A program made the translations under genes and the position numbers. From Verrucomicrobiia bacterium (GTDB lineage Bacteria > Verrucomicrobiota > Verrucomicrobiia > Palsa-1439): a stretch of 64,000 nucleotides of DNA. This document shows positions 1-9,151 of this stretch, piece after piece. The notes under the pieces are model-generated. The model searched no databases and was not told where the DNA came from. It saw nothing but the letters and a program-made list of their open reading frames with translations. The stretch is taken from assembly GCA_035501175.1 (NCBI GenBank), contig DATJWQ010000058.1, positions 213 through 64,212 of the forward strand. The letters run 5' to 3'. The first letter of the stretch is position 1. Each line of letters begins with the position of its first letter.

Positions 1-327
1 CATCTGCGGAATCTGCCGCAGGATGCAGTTGTTGTTCTTGGTGTCGATCTCGAACACGAGCGTCGTGTTCCCGACCTGAATCTTATCGCCCGTCGACAGC
101 GCGCACTCGAACACGCGCGCGCCGTTTCGATACGTGCCGTTGGTCGAGCCGAGGTCTTTCAGCGTAAACTGATTGCTGGCGTACGTGAACCCGCAATGGA
201 CGCGTGAAATGAAGGAATCGCGCACGGATATCTCCGATTCGGGCAACCGCCCCACGATGAGCGGTTTGCTCCCGAACTCGAGCGTCTTTTCCGTGCCATC
301 GGGCCGTTTATGAATGAGCATGGGCAT
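1..327 (-). CDS. FHA domain protein (C-terminus runs off the window edge; not in ORF track)
   Basis: Manual translation from ATG 327: MPMLIHKRPDGTEKTLEFGSKPLIVGRLPESEISVRDSFISRVHCGF...LKDLGSTNGTYRNG; GR, SRxH and DLGSTNGT are FHA signature motifs. Confidence 0.85.
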   Translation of the reverse strand, partial: MPMLIHKRPDGTEKTLEFGSKPLIVGRLPESEISVRDSFISRVHCGFTYASNQFTLKDLGSTNGTYRNGARVFECALSTGDKIQVGNTTLVFEIDTKNNNCILRQIPQM

Positions 328-898
328 GATCAGCTAGCATCTCCACAATTTGATCCCGGCGCGCATTATATTCAACATCTGGCAGCACTGGCGTCAAGCC
401 TTCAGTGGACAACCCGCGTTCCAGCTCCACCCAGCTCTTGCACCCGCCATACGATTCGCGCAACGTGAACCTCTCCGCTGTCGCACGGCGAAACACGCGC
501 GTCACCAGCGCATGCAGGCCTGGCTGGCGCCCAAATTGAAAACGCTCCTGGAGAATCTGCTCGCTCCAAATGTGCAGGCCCTGCAGCCGCGTCAGCGCCC
601 CGGCATCCGCAATCTGGACAACGGAATCGGCGATGGCGTAGTATTGGATATCCACCGCATCCTTCGGCGCCTCCGCGGCGATCTCGCGCAGCCTTGGACG
701 TATCGACGGGATAATCGACCGCTCAGCCTCGTGGAACTGCGTCGGAAACAGCCAGAATTCGCGGTGATCGACGTGAAACTCGCCGCGCTCTTCTCGGATA
801 CCACCCTTGCGGAGAATCAATACCTGTTCTCCGCGGCCCAGCGCGTCGACCACGACCGCCCACTCTTTGAATGCGATTTGATTGATGGCCAGTTGCAT
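308..898 (-). CDS. DUF1802 family protein
   Basis: FKEWAVVVDALGRGEQVLILRKGGIRE and terminal YGGCKSWVEL motifs; start trimmed from the 285-aa ORF to ATG 898. Confidence 0.8.
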   Translation of the reverse strand: MQLAINQIAFKEWAVVVDALGRGEQVLILRKGGIREERGEFHVDHREFWLFPTQFHEAERSIIPSIRPRLREIAAEAPKDAVDIQYYAIADSVVQIADAGALTRLQGLHIWSEQILQERFQFGRQPGLHALVTRVFRRATAERFTLRESYGGCKSWVELERGLSTEGLTPVLPDVEYNARRDQIVEMLADHAHAHS

Positions 899-1021
899 GG
901 CGCGGTACGTACTTAACGTATTCAGTCCAGCCTGTCCATCGGGAAATCCGACCGCCCACGCGGGTTGCGACCCAGAGATCAACCGCCCGGCGGCCAGGTG
1001 GCGGAACATCTCACCACCGGC

Positions 1022-1050
1022 TTGTGCAACGGCTCGTCTTGGGTTATAAA
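1022..1050 (+). promoter_or_regulatory. Putative sigma70 promoter of aldo/keto reductase
   Basis: TTGTGC-17 nt-TATAAA, 26 nt before ATG 1077. Confidence 0.4.
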
Positions 1051-1076
1051 CACGGCACGCAGTCTCGGGAATCGCT

Positions 1077-2090
1077 ATGAAATATCGCATTCTAAAAGGC
1101 ACAAATCTCAAGGTGTCCGAGGTCGGCTTCGGCGTCTGGACCGTCGGCACGAAAATGTGGGGCATCGCCGACGAGGATTACGATACCGGTGTCCGCCTCC
1201 TCCGTCTCGCGCTCGATCTCGGCGTGAATTTCTTCGACACGGCGGACGTCTACGGCGATGGCAAGGGCGAGGTCGTCCTGGCCCAGGCATTCGGGGAACG
1301 CCGTGACGATATCGTCATCGCCACGAAATTCGGTTACGATTTCTACAATCATCCCGGCGTCCAACCCGGCCAGCGCGAGCGCCCGCATAATTGGTCGCCC
1401 GCCTTCATCCGCAAAGCCTGCGAGGAAAGCCTGCGCCGATTGCAGACAGATCGGATTGACTTCTACCAGCTTCACAATCCGCGCATCGACACCATCCGCA
1501 ACGACGAGGTGTTCACCACGCTCGAGACGTTGCGCGATGCGGGCAAGATTCTCTCCTTCGGCGTGGCACTCGGCCCGGCCATTGACCGCCGGCAAATCGC
1601 CGAAGGCATCGCCGCCATGCGGGAACGCGGCGCGCACGTCCAGATCATCTACAATCTGTTCGAGCAAATGATCGGCGAACCGATCTTCCCCGTCGCGCGC
1701 GAATGCGATCGGAGCGTGTTCACTCGCGTGCCGCACTGCTCGGGATTGCTCGAAGGCGTGTATTCCGAATCCACGCAGTTCAGCAAGGACGACCATCGCA
1801 GCTTCCGCGTGGCCGACGACAGCAAACGCAAAGCGTGGCTGGTGGACGGCCTCAAGAAAGTCGAACAGGTTGCGTTCCTCACGAGGGACACCGGACGAAC
1901 GCTCGGCCAGGCGGCGATCAAGTTTATTCTCGCAGAACCGAGCATCTGTTCCGTGCTGCCGAACATCTATAACGAGCGGCAACTCCAGGAATTTGCTGGC
2001 GCTCCGACCACACCGGATCTATCTGAAGCGGAATTGGCGGCCCTGAGCGAATTGCACGCGAACAACTACGGCCTCGTCCCCGCCGCGTAA
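1077..2090 (+). CDS. Aldo/keto reductase
   Basis: [43 protein letters not shown] motifs. Confidence 0.92.
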   Translation: MKYRILKGTNLKVSEVGFGVWTVGTKMWGIADEDYDTGVRLLRLALDLGVNFFDTADVYGDGKGEVVLAQAFGERRDDIVIATKFGYDFYNHPGVQPGQRERPHNWSPAFIRKACEESLRRLQTDRIDFYQLHNPRIDTIRNDEVFTTLETLRDAGKILSFGVALGPAIDRRQIAEGIAAMRERGAHVQIIYNLFEQMIGEPIFPVARECDRSVFTRVPHCSGLLEGVYSESTQFSKDDHRSFRVADDSKRKAWLVDGLKKVEQVAFLTRDTGRTLGQAAIKFILAEPSICSVLPNIYNERQLQEFAGAPTTPDLSEAELAALSELHANNYGLVPAA

Positions 2091-2114
2091 ACGACCGCCA
2101 CGGCCCTTCGCGAA

Positions 2115-2234
2115 TCAATTACTCGCGGCGGCTGGCGCGGGTTTCGGGGCGGATTTCTTCTGGCGCGCCTTGGCGCGTTTGAGGTAGGCGGTACGACGAC
2201 GGCGTTTTTCGACTTTGTTGTATTGTTGGCTCAT
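2115..2234 (-). CDS. Small basic protein, 39 aa (MSQQYNKVEKRRRRTAYLKRAKARQKKSAPKPAPAAASN)
   Basis: Manual translation; ATG overlaps the TGA of the upstream MBL gene (ATGA at 2231-2234); fills the gap before the convergent AKR stop; below the ORF-track length cutoff. Confidence 0.65.
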   Translation of the reverse strand: MSQQYNKVEKRRRRTAYLKRAKARQKKSAPKPAPAAASN

Positions 2235-2866
2235 GAGGCGTTCTTTTTTGGTTTCTTCACGAAGCGGGCAATTTCCTTCTTCGCGTCCTGTGTGATCGGA
2301 TCGCCGTGCGCGAACGTGGCGATCTTGAAATCGAGCTCGAGGAGTTTCTGCAGCGACTTCAGCATTTGCTTCTTGTCCTCGATGTACGTATCCGGCAACA
2401 GCGACAATCCCTTGCCATTATCGTTCACCAACGTGTCTCCCAGCAGAACGATGCCACCGCCGGTTTTGGCGTAGTAGGCAGTCTCGCCTTCCGAGCTGCC
2501 GGGAAGATGCACGGCCTTGACTCCGCCCGGCAGGCGCTCGCCATCCATCAACAGGATATCAATCGAGGTTTCGCAATCGGGCTTCGCCTTTTCGTGGGCG
2601 TACACCTGAATCTGGTAGTGTTTGCGGAACCAGTCGGCATCCCGGTTGTGGTGGGCATTGGTCAGCAGAATCCCGATGGGCTCACCGAGGGCTTCCAGTT
2701 TCGCAATCACGTCCAGGTCCGGCTTCAGCGGGTCGATGAACACGATGCCCTCGGATGTTTTCAGGGCATAACTGTTGAAATCGGTCTTCCATTGCGGATG
2801 AAAGCTGGCCCAGCCATAAAGATTTCTGGTGACCGTGCGCAGTTCCGTCGCTGGTTTCAAATCCAT
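2231..2866 (-). CDS. MBL-fold metallo-hydrolase
   Basis: LLTNAHHNRD (HxHxD-like), HLPGS, LLGD, TFAHG motifs; start set at ATG 2866. Confidence 0.85.
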   Translation of the reverse strand: MDLKPATELRTVTRNLYGWASFHPQWKTDFNSYALKTSEGIVFIDPLKPDLDVIAKLEALGEPIGILLTNAHHNRDADWFRKHYQIQVYAHEKAKPDCETSIDILLMDGERLPGGVKAVHLPGSSEGETAYYAKTGGGIVLLGDTLVNDNGKGLSLLPDTYIEDKKQMLKSLQKLLELDFKIATFAHGDPITQDAKKEIARFVKKPKKNAS

Positions 2867-2980
2867 AAACGACCCCTCAATCAAGCTCCCGTTTCAGCGC
2901 CGCTTCTCCCATCGGTGTTGCGACCCAATATCCCGGCAGTATATCGAATCGGCTGAAGGGTGGCAAGTCATGTTTCGGGA

Positions 2981-3286
2981 TCAATCGAGGGCGGGTGAGG
3001 TAATGCAGGTCACGTCGCCCATGACCTGGCACTGGCAGCTCAGGCGCCGATTCGCCGCCTTCCCCTTCAGCCGCAGCTTTTCGCGCCGCGTTCTCGGCGA
3101 GAGATTATCAGCTCCTTCCACAATCTCCATGACGCACGTGCCGCACAAGCCGTTCCCCTGGCAATTGATCTTCTCGTCGATCCCCTTGTAAACGGGAATG
3201 TTGTGCAGCAGCGCGACCTTGCGGAGGTTCGCATACTGTCCGCAATCCACCTTCTTGCCCTCATTCAAGAATTCAACCGTCGGCAT
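2981..3286 (-). CDS. 2Fe-2S ferredoxin
   Basis: CQGNGLCGTC...RLSCQC cluster motif; ATG 3286 (MPTVEF). Confidence 0.9.
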   Translation of the reverse strand: MPTVEFLNEGKKVDCGQYANLRKVALLHNIPVYKGIDEKINCQGNGLCGTCVMEIVEGADNLSPRTRREKLRLKGKAANRRLSCQCQVMGDVTCITSPALD

Positions 3287-3371
3287 AAATCTCCTGTGCT
3301 CGTCCTGCGTGTGCGCGAAACTGCTCCAGCCCCTCTTGTATAGCGCAAAGCACTCCCACTTTGCAACGCTT

Positions 3372-3917
3372 TCAACCTGGAGCCGGCGGACGTTGAACCC
3401 GGCCGGGCCAGAGACCACCTCGATCAAATTCACGAAACACCATCGGGAAGCTCCGCGCAAACTGCTCCGGATGCTCGTCCAGCAGCCGCCGGATATCGTC
3501 GCGCGTCCAAAACTCGCCCGATTCCAGCTCCACCAGGTTGATCCGGGGTGGCTCGTCCGATATCACGCTGTACGCCCAAACAAATTCCCAGCCCGTGTCC
3601 TCGCAGGCCTCGATCTTGAAATGTTTCCGAAACTGGCTCGCCGGCAGAACGACGCCGAGCTCTTCTTCGAGTTCACGCACGGCGCAGGCATCGTATTCTT
3701 CCCCGCTGTTGACGTGCCCCGAAGCGCTCGAATCGTAGCATCTCGGAAACGAATCCTTCGTCGCGGCGCGCTTTTGGACGAAGAGATCATGCCGGAGATT
3801 GAACAGAAAGACGTGGACCGCCCGATGTCGCAGCTTCTGCGCATGAGCGACGGAGCGCGGCGCTACGCCGACAACCCGGTCATGCTCGTCAACCACATCA
3901 AACATTTCCTCGGCCAT
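3372..3917 (-). CDS. NUDIX hydrolase (IPP isomerase type-1-like, YfcD-like)
   Basis: FDVVDEHD, LRHRAVHVFLFN, SASGHVNSGEEYDACAVRELEEELG Nudix box. Confidence 0.85.
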   Translation of the reverse strand: MAEEMFDVVDEHDRVVGVAPRSVAHAQKLRHRAVHVFLFNLRHDLFVQKRAATKDSFPRCYDSSASGHVNSGEEYDACAVRELEEELGVVLPASQFRKHFKIEACEDTGWEFVWAYSVISDEPPRINLVELESGEFWTRDDIRRLLDEHPEQFARSFPMVFREFDRGGLWPGRVQRPPAPG

Positions 3918-3957
3918 TCTCTCGATGAAAGCATACCCGAGGTGACGCGGCCCAGAC

Positions 3958-3992
3958 AAAAAGAAGGCCCCCCGCGCTTGCGAGGGGCCTTC
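3958..3992 (-). terminator. Rho-independent terminator downstream of the porin gene
   Basis: GAAGGCCCC/GGGGCCTTC stem (3963-3971/3984-3992) with an A5 tract at 3958-3962, which is a U-tract on the minus strand. Confidence 0.8.
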
Positions 3993-4016
3993 GGTAGTTG
4001 CTTACTTGTGGTAAGA

Positions 4017-5474
4017 CTAGAACTTGACGTTCAGTTCCGCTCGGACTTCTTCCGCCGTGCGGCTTACGCCGGCGTTCTCATACGCGGTTCCGGGCAGGAA
4101 CGCCGCGTACACGAGCTGGGCGCGAACGTCCTTGCTGTAGTCGTAGCCAAGGATGCCGTCGATTTCCCAGCCGAGATAGGCGTCGTCCGCCGTGTTGCCA
4201 GCCGCGAGCTCGGCCCAGCGGGGGCCACCCCAGTCGACGTTGCCGTTGCTGCCGGCAAGGCCCATCTTGTCCGCCTTCATGTAGTAATAGCCCTCAACTG
4301 AGAGTGTCGTATTCTCGTACGGCTTCACCGACGCGCCCAGGTTGAAGATCGCAATGTCCGTCAGGGCGGGCATGAACAGATAGCCGTTGTACCCGTCAGC
4401 GTAATCGAACCACGGACGGAACTGGCCATTGCCAATTCCCTGATCGTCGGTTCCCTTGCCGCCGCCGGAGGCGTAGATGAAGTTTCCGTTGATAACCGGT
4501 ACCCATTGCACATCCTTGAACGTGAACTTGCCGCCCCCGTTCAACAGGAAGGCTCCGATCGTGCCGGAAGAATCTCCGCCGTTCGGTCCGCCATTGGCGC
4601 CAAACTCATACGCCGCTTCCCACCAGGTCTGCAGCGCATCCAAGGGATTGATATCGGCACGTAAACCGACAATCATCGGAGAGCTGGCTCCGTAGCTCGG
4701 AGGCACGCGGCTCGTGGTAAACGGACCCGTCCCAGGACCACCAAGGCCGCTGGAACTCTGTGAGAGATAACCAAAATACGCTTCAATATCCTTGAGCGCT
4801 GAATCGCTCAGCTCATACCGGGCATTGACGAACAGCAGATCGTTCCCGCCCAGATGGCTCGGCTCTCCGCCAAACGCCTGGTTGTTCACCACTTCGGCGC
4901 CGACGAGATCGATCGTCAATGGGTAGTAGTCGAGGACGAGACGAGCGGCATCATAATTGTATTCCTGCTCGACGCTGCTGAGAATCAGCCCGCGGCCGTA
5001 TTGCAGAAATTGCCGACCGAGCTTGAGCGTGGCCGGTGTGTAGAAGACTTCATTGAATTGAACATAGGCTTCCGCAATGCCCACGCCCCACATCCGGCTG
5101 ACCTTGCCGATATCGCTGGGACTGCTGGACGATTGTCCTGCTCCTGTTCCCGCGCCTACGGAGTCGGAAACGTCCGTGCTGCCCTGTCCCCATTCGCCTT
5201 CCGCCTGCAGGGTGACCACTACGAGCACATGGTCTTCGAGGTCCGCTTCACAGGAGACCCGGGTCCGCTGGGCAATGAACGACTCGTTGCCCTTGTACTG
5301 ACCCTCTGTTCCCTGCACGTTTCCCTCGTCGACGCTCTGCACCCCCGTGCTATCGAGAAAATACCCGCGGATTCGGATGTCCCCGCTAAGGCGGATATTC
5401 TGGACATCGGCGAAAGTCTTGCTGGCCAATCCCCCCAGGGTTGCCAGTGCGACTACTAGCCATAGTTTCTTCAC
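4017..5474 (-). CDS. Outer-membrane beta-barrel, alginate export (AlgE-like) family
   Basis: Signal peptide, SGDIRIRG, EAYVQF, LKLGRQFLQYGRGLIL, YLGWEID, C-terminal Phe; GTG 5474 with AAGGAGG RBS. Confidence 0.75.
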   Translation of the reverse strand: MKKLWLVVALATLGGLASKTFADVQNIRLSGDIRIRGYFLDSTGVQSVDEGNVQGTEGQYKGNESFIAQRTRVSCEADLEDHVLVVVTLQAEGEWGQGSTDVSDSVGAGTGAGQSSSSPSDIGKVSRMWGVGIAEAYVQFNEVFYTPATLKLGRQFLQYGRGLILSSVEQEYNYDAARLVLDYYPLTIDLVGAEVVNNQAFGGEPSHLGGNDLLFVNARYELSDSALKDIEAYFGYLSQSSSGLGGPGTGPFTTSRVPPSYGASSPMIVGLRADINPLDALQTWWEAAYEFGANGGPNGGDSSGTIGAFLLNGGGKFTFKDVQWVPVINGNFIYASGGGKGTDDQGIGNGQFRPWFDYADGYNGYLFMPALTDIAIFNLGASVKPYENTTLSVEGYYYMKADKMGLAGSNGNVDWGGPRWAELAAGNTADDAYLGWEIDGILGYDYSKDVRAQLVYAAFLPGTAYENAGVSRTAEEVRAELNVKF

Positions 5475-5785
5475 TGTGTCCTCCTTATGTTTGTTTACGT
5501 TCGTTGTGCTACACGCCACAAGTCTTTGATTTTCGTTCGTTTAGAGGGCCCGCGCCAACGACAATCCTCCATTGCCGTGGTACTACAAGAACGCCATCCC
5601 GAAGCGGAACTGAACCTCCCTCTCCTAACTGTTGTCGAGTATAGACCCGACCCAAATCGTGTCAAGCCCGTTTTCCGAGCGCTCCAGACCTGCCATGCGC
5701 ACTCGGGTCCAAACCGCTTCTGCCCAGGTCCTCTAACCGTCACGAGTATAAAAACGCGCCTGCGGAAGTCAAGCGGCCGAAATCA

Positions 5786-6499
5786 CTATTTCGGCGTGCT
5801 TGCGGTCGGCAACTGTAAGACACCGGAAGTGCCTGTGGACAAAGGTGTTGCGGATTGATCCGTCGCCTTTTCAGGCTGTATGTCGCGGTTAAGAACCATC
5901 ATGCGCAGGTACGCCTTCTCGAACCACGGTGTTCCCTGCCCTCCAGCCAGAATCTCCTCGTACAACTGTCGCGCTTCCTTCTTCTGCCCCTGCAATTCCA
6001 TGCACCGCGCCAGCCCCATCCGCGCCGCCTTCCCAATATAGCTGCCCGGATCCCCACTAATGATCTGCATGTACTCGGCTTTGGCCCCTTCAATGTTCCC
6101 TTGCGCCTCTAGCGCCTGCGCCAAACCGATCTTGCTCGATACCCCCAACGGATGACCGGGATAATCACGAATAATGGATTGGTAAGTGCTTGCCGCATCG
6201 CTATATCGGCCGTTGCGATAATACACCTCCGCCAGCCGCGCCAGAGCCTCGGGCGCAACCGGCGACTTCGGGAAATCACGAGCCACAGCCTGTAATGACG
6301 CTGCGTCAGTCGCCATCGCGAACCTCTCCACCGCTTGCTCGGCCTGATACGCTGCCTGATGCTGCCAATACATCACCAACAGCCCCAGCGCCACAATGCC
6401 AATCACCACTCCCGTGACCTGCTTTCCGTGCTTCTCCCAGAAAACCTCAAAGTCGAACTCGTCCGTTATCCGTAAATCGTCTTGCGCTTGTGATGCCAT
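5786..6499 (-). CDS. Single-pass membrane TPR protein (YfgM-like)
   Basis: FWEKHGKQV followed by an N-terminal TM helix and TPR helices (ALARLAEVYYRNG, IGLAQALEAQG, ARMGLARC). Confidence 0.7.
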   Translation of the reverse strand: MASQAQDDLRITDEFDFEVFWEKHGKQVTGVVIGIVALGLLVMYWQHQAAYQAEQAVERFAMATDAASLQAVARDFPKSPVAPEALARLAEVYYRNGRYSDAASTYQSIIRDYPGHPLGVSSKIGLAQALEAQGNIEGAKAEYMQIISGDPGSYIGKAARMGLARCMELQGQKKEARQLYEEILAGGQGTPWFEKAYLRMMVLNRDIQPEKATDQSATPLSTGTSGVLQLPTASTPK

Positions 6500-6740
6500 G
6501 AGTCTCCGTCAGTAATCAATTGTACCCGCTATTCTTCCCAATCCCACCCAAAAGGCAAGCGGGAAACTGCGCCAACCAAAAAGGCCACGTCCGTTCGCCC
6601 AGGCACCCTCGCCTCCTTCCCGCAAGCAATCCCCCAGGAACCTATCCTCGACGCCGATTGCGGCTCGCCTCTCAGTCCCCGTTGGTACCACACGACAGCT
6701 CGGGAAGGCAATTCCGCCGCGAAAACCTCGCCGACTTGCG

Positions 6741-6885
6741 CTCAAAAACCCAGAACGAAGCCAAACGAAGCCAATCACTTTTTCGACGGACCGATCTGCA
6801 CAACCCACTGCTGCTCAGCTACATCAAAGGATCCAAACCAGACAAAACCATTGGCTTCGTTTCGTAGTATATACCCCCCCAGCCA
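6741..6885. repeat. Intergenic AAACGAAGCCAA-motif element, copy A
   Basis: AACGAAGCCA at 6754-6763 and 6764-6773, inverted copy ATTGGCTTCGTTTCG at 6850-6864 next to TATA-C7; similar to 35128-35285. Confidence 0.65.
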
Positions 6886-6930
6886 CGGGACCCGTGGTAA
6901 CCACCCTGCAGCGCTGAGCCCACCAAAGGA

Positions 6931-6954
6931 GCTTGCCCTGAGCCCGTCGAAGGG
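6931..6954. repeat. REP-like motif GCTTGCCCTGAGCCCGTCGAAGGG
   Basis: Resembles the CCCTTCGACnnGCTCAGGGC intergenic repeat class from my recollection; single copy in the window. Confidence 0.4.
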
Positions 6955-7280
6955 TCTCCCCCCCAAACCCAGACCGCCGGGGTCGGCACGACGCAAGACC
7001 TTGTCAAAGAACCGCGCCCATCCAACCACACTTCCGATATGAAATCAAGAAGAAAATATCGTGCAAGGATAACCCCACACGCCCCCCCTTCACCTTTGCT
7101 TACCCTGACTCCAGAAGGCCATCCCCCCTACGCTCGCCATCGATGCCGTCCCGGAAACCAACGCGATCACCCGTTTGGCAGTGTTATTGACCCCAATCGG
7201 CGACAAATGGCCGCGACTTGCGCCGCCCTCGCTCGCTCCCCTGGCCGATTGGCGATCAGCGGAATGGCCAGAGGTGCGCG

Positions 7281-8048
7281 TCAGGATACTCCTGTCGATC
7301 GTCTCCGCCGCCACTCCCGCCAGACCAATCGGAAAAATCCCATGTCGTCCCGCAGATACCGACGCCAGAGCCGACGCGGTTCCTGCGCCAAACGATACAG
7401 CCATTCCATGCCCACGCGCTGGACCCATTTCGGGGCGCGCTTGAGCACTCCCGCAGTCACATCGAAACTCCCACCCACGCCCATCACAAACGGCACGGCC
7501 ATTTCCTTCTTCCACTTACCCAAAAACAGTTCCTGCTTGGGCGAACCGACCGCCATGCACAGCACATCCGGCTTCACCCGCTTGATCTCGTCCACCACGC
7601 CCGCTTCTTCCTCGGGCTTCCAATAACCGTTCCGCCAGCCCGCAAATTCCAGCCTCGGATACCGGGCTTTCAGCACATCGACCGCCTTCGACACAATCTC
7701 CTGCCGCGCGCCCAACAGATACGGATGTAGCCCCCGTTCCGCGCACCGACCCATCAGCGCATCGAACAAATCCACGCCCGTCACCCGCTCCTTGATCGGG
7801 CAACCGAATAATCTCGACGCCCAGATCACCGGCTGGCCGTCCACCGTGATCAGATCGCAATCGAGCACCGTCTGACGCAAGCTCGGGTTGGTGTCCATCT
7901 TGACGAGCTTGTCGACGTTGACGACCACGTGCTGGTGAATCCCGCCGTCCTTGACCATCGCCTCGATCCGATCGAGGACCTCGGTCATGTTCAGGTTGTC
8001 GATGGGAATGCCAAACAGCGTGACCTTGTCTGAGGCAGGAGCATTCAC
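7281..8048 (-). CDS. WecB/TagA/CpsF (GT26) glycosyltransferase, copy 1
   Basis: VVNVDKL, DGQPV, RVTGVDL, NGY, GSPKQE, GVGGSFD, RAPKWVQRVGMEWLYRLAQEPRRLWRRY; GTG 8048 overlaps the wecB stop (GTGA). Confidence 0.92.
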   Translation of the reverse strand: MNAPASDKVTLFGIPIDNLNMTEVLDRIEAMVKDGGIHQHVVVNVDKLVKMDTNPSLRQTVLDCDLITVDGQPVIWASRLFGCPIKERVTGVDLFDALMGRCAERGLHPYLLGARQEIVSKAVDVLKARYPRLEFAGWRNGYWKPEEEAGVVDEIKRVKPDVLCMAVGSPKQELFLGKWKKEMAVPFVMGVGGSFDVTAGVLKRAPKWVQRVGMEWLYRLAQEPRRLWRRYLRDDMGFFRLVWREWRRRRSTGVS

Positions 8049-9151
8049 TTCCGAATCGGCAGCTCCAGTAAGCACTGTATGATCCGTGACGCCGCCTTCC
8101 CGTCCCAATACTTCGGCACACGCCCCTTCTTGCCCTTCCCGTCCAGAACTTTCGTGGCCTCGGCCACGATCTTGTCCCGATCCATCCCCACCAATGTGCT
8201 CGTCCCCTCCGTCACGGTCACGGGCCGGTCGGTGTTCTCGCGCAGCGTCAGGCACGGCACGCCCAACACGGTCGTTTCCTCCTGGATTCCGCCCGAATCG
8301 CTCAGCACCAGCTTCGCGCCAGTCATCAGACAGAGCGAATCGAGATAACCCAATGGCTCGACAAGCCGCAGGTTCGGCCATTCGCTGACCCGCTTCCAAA
8401 ACCCGAATTCGTTCAGCCGTGCCCGCGTCCGCGGATGGACCGGGAAGGCCAGCGGCAGCCGCTTCTGGATCGCTTCCAACGCCGACAAGATCCCCGCCAG
8501 CGTGTCTTTCGAATCGACGTTCCCCGGCCGATGCAACGTGACGTACCCGTATTCGGAATTCAGCCCGAGCTTTTGCCGAATGTCCGATTTCAAGCTTTCA
8601 TCGCGCAGCTTCAACAGCGTGTCGATCATCACGTTGCCGACGAAGAAAATCTTCTCCCTCGGCACCCCTTCCCGCAACAAATTCGCGTCCGCATCCGCGC
8701 ACGTCGTAAAGCAATAGTCGCTCAGCGCATCGGTCACGAGGCGGTTGATCTCCTCCGGCATCGTGCGGTCGAAACTCCGCAGACCCGCTTCCACGTGCGC
8801 CAGTGGGATGCACAATTTCGCCGCCACCAACGCCGCCGCCAGCGTGGAATTCACGTCGCCCACCACCATCACCAAATCCGGCCGCTGCGCCACGAGCAAC
8901 TTCTCCAGCTCGACCATCACCCGCGCAGTCTGCTCGGCGTGGGTGCCCGAGCCGACTCCCAGGTACACATCCGGTTTTGGCAGCCGCAACTGCTCGAAGA
9001 ACAGGTTCGACATGTTGTCGTCGTAATGCTGCCCCGTGTGCACCAGCACCGGCGCAAAATCGTCCGGATGACGCGCGTACTCCGCCATCAGCGGCGCCAT
9101 TTTCATGAAATTCGGCCGCGCGCCCACCACGTTGACGATCCGCATCTTCAT
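8045..9151 (-). CDS. wecB: UDP-N-acetylglucosamine 2-epimerase (non-hydrolyzing)
   Basis: VVGARPNFMK, HTGQHYD, GDVNS, HVEAGLRS, PEEINR, DSGGIQEE; ATGA overlap with the upstream gene. Confidence 0.95.
   Translation of the reverse strand: MKMRIVNVVGARPNFMKMAPLMAEYARHPDDFAPVLVHTGQHYDDNMSNLFFEQLRLPKPDVYLGVGSGTHAEQTARVMVELEKLLVAQRPDLVMVVGDVNSTLAAALVAAKLCIPLAHVEAGLRSFDRTMPEEINRLVTDALSDYCFTTCADADANLLREGVPREKIFFVGNVMIDTLLKLRDESLKSDIRQKLGLNSEYGYVTLHRPGNVDSKDTLAGILSALEAIQKRLPLAFPVHPRTRARLNEFGFWKRVSEWPNLRLVEPLGYLDSLCLMTGAKLVLSDSGGIQEETTVLGVPCLTLRENTDRPVTVTEGTSTLVGMDRDKIVAEATKVLDGKGKKGRVPKYWDGKAASRIIQCLLELPIRK

Noticed and set aside
6500-7280. Several 60-195 aa ORFs in the gap after the polysaccharide operon
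   Set aside because: Mutually overlapping, no motifs or RBS; the region is better explained as non-coding repeat elements
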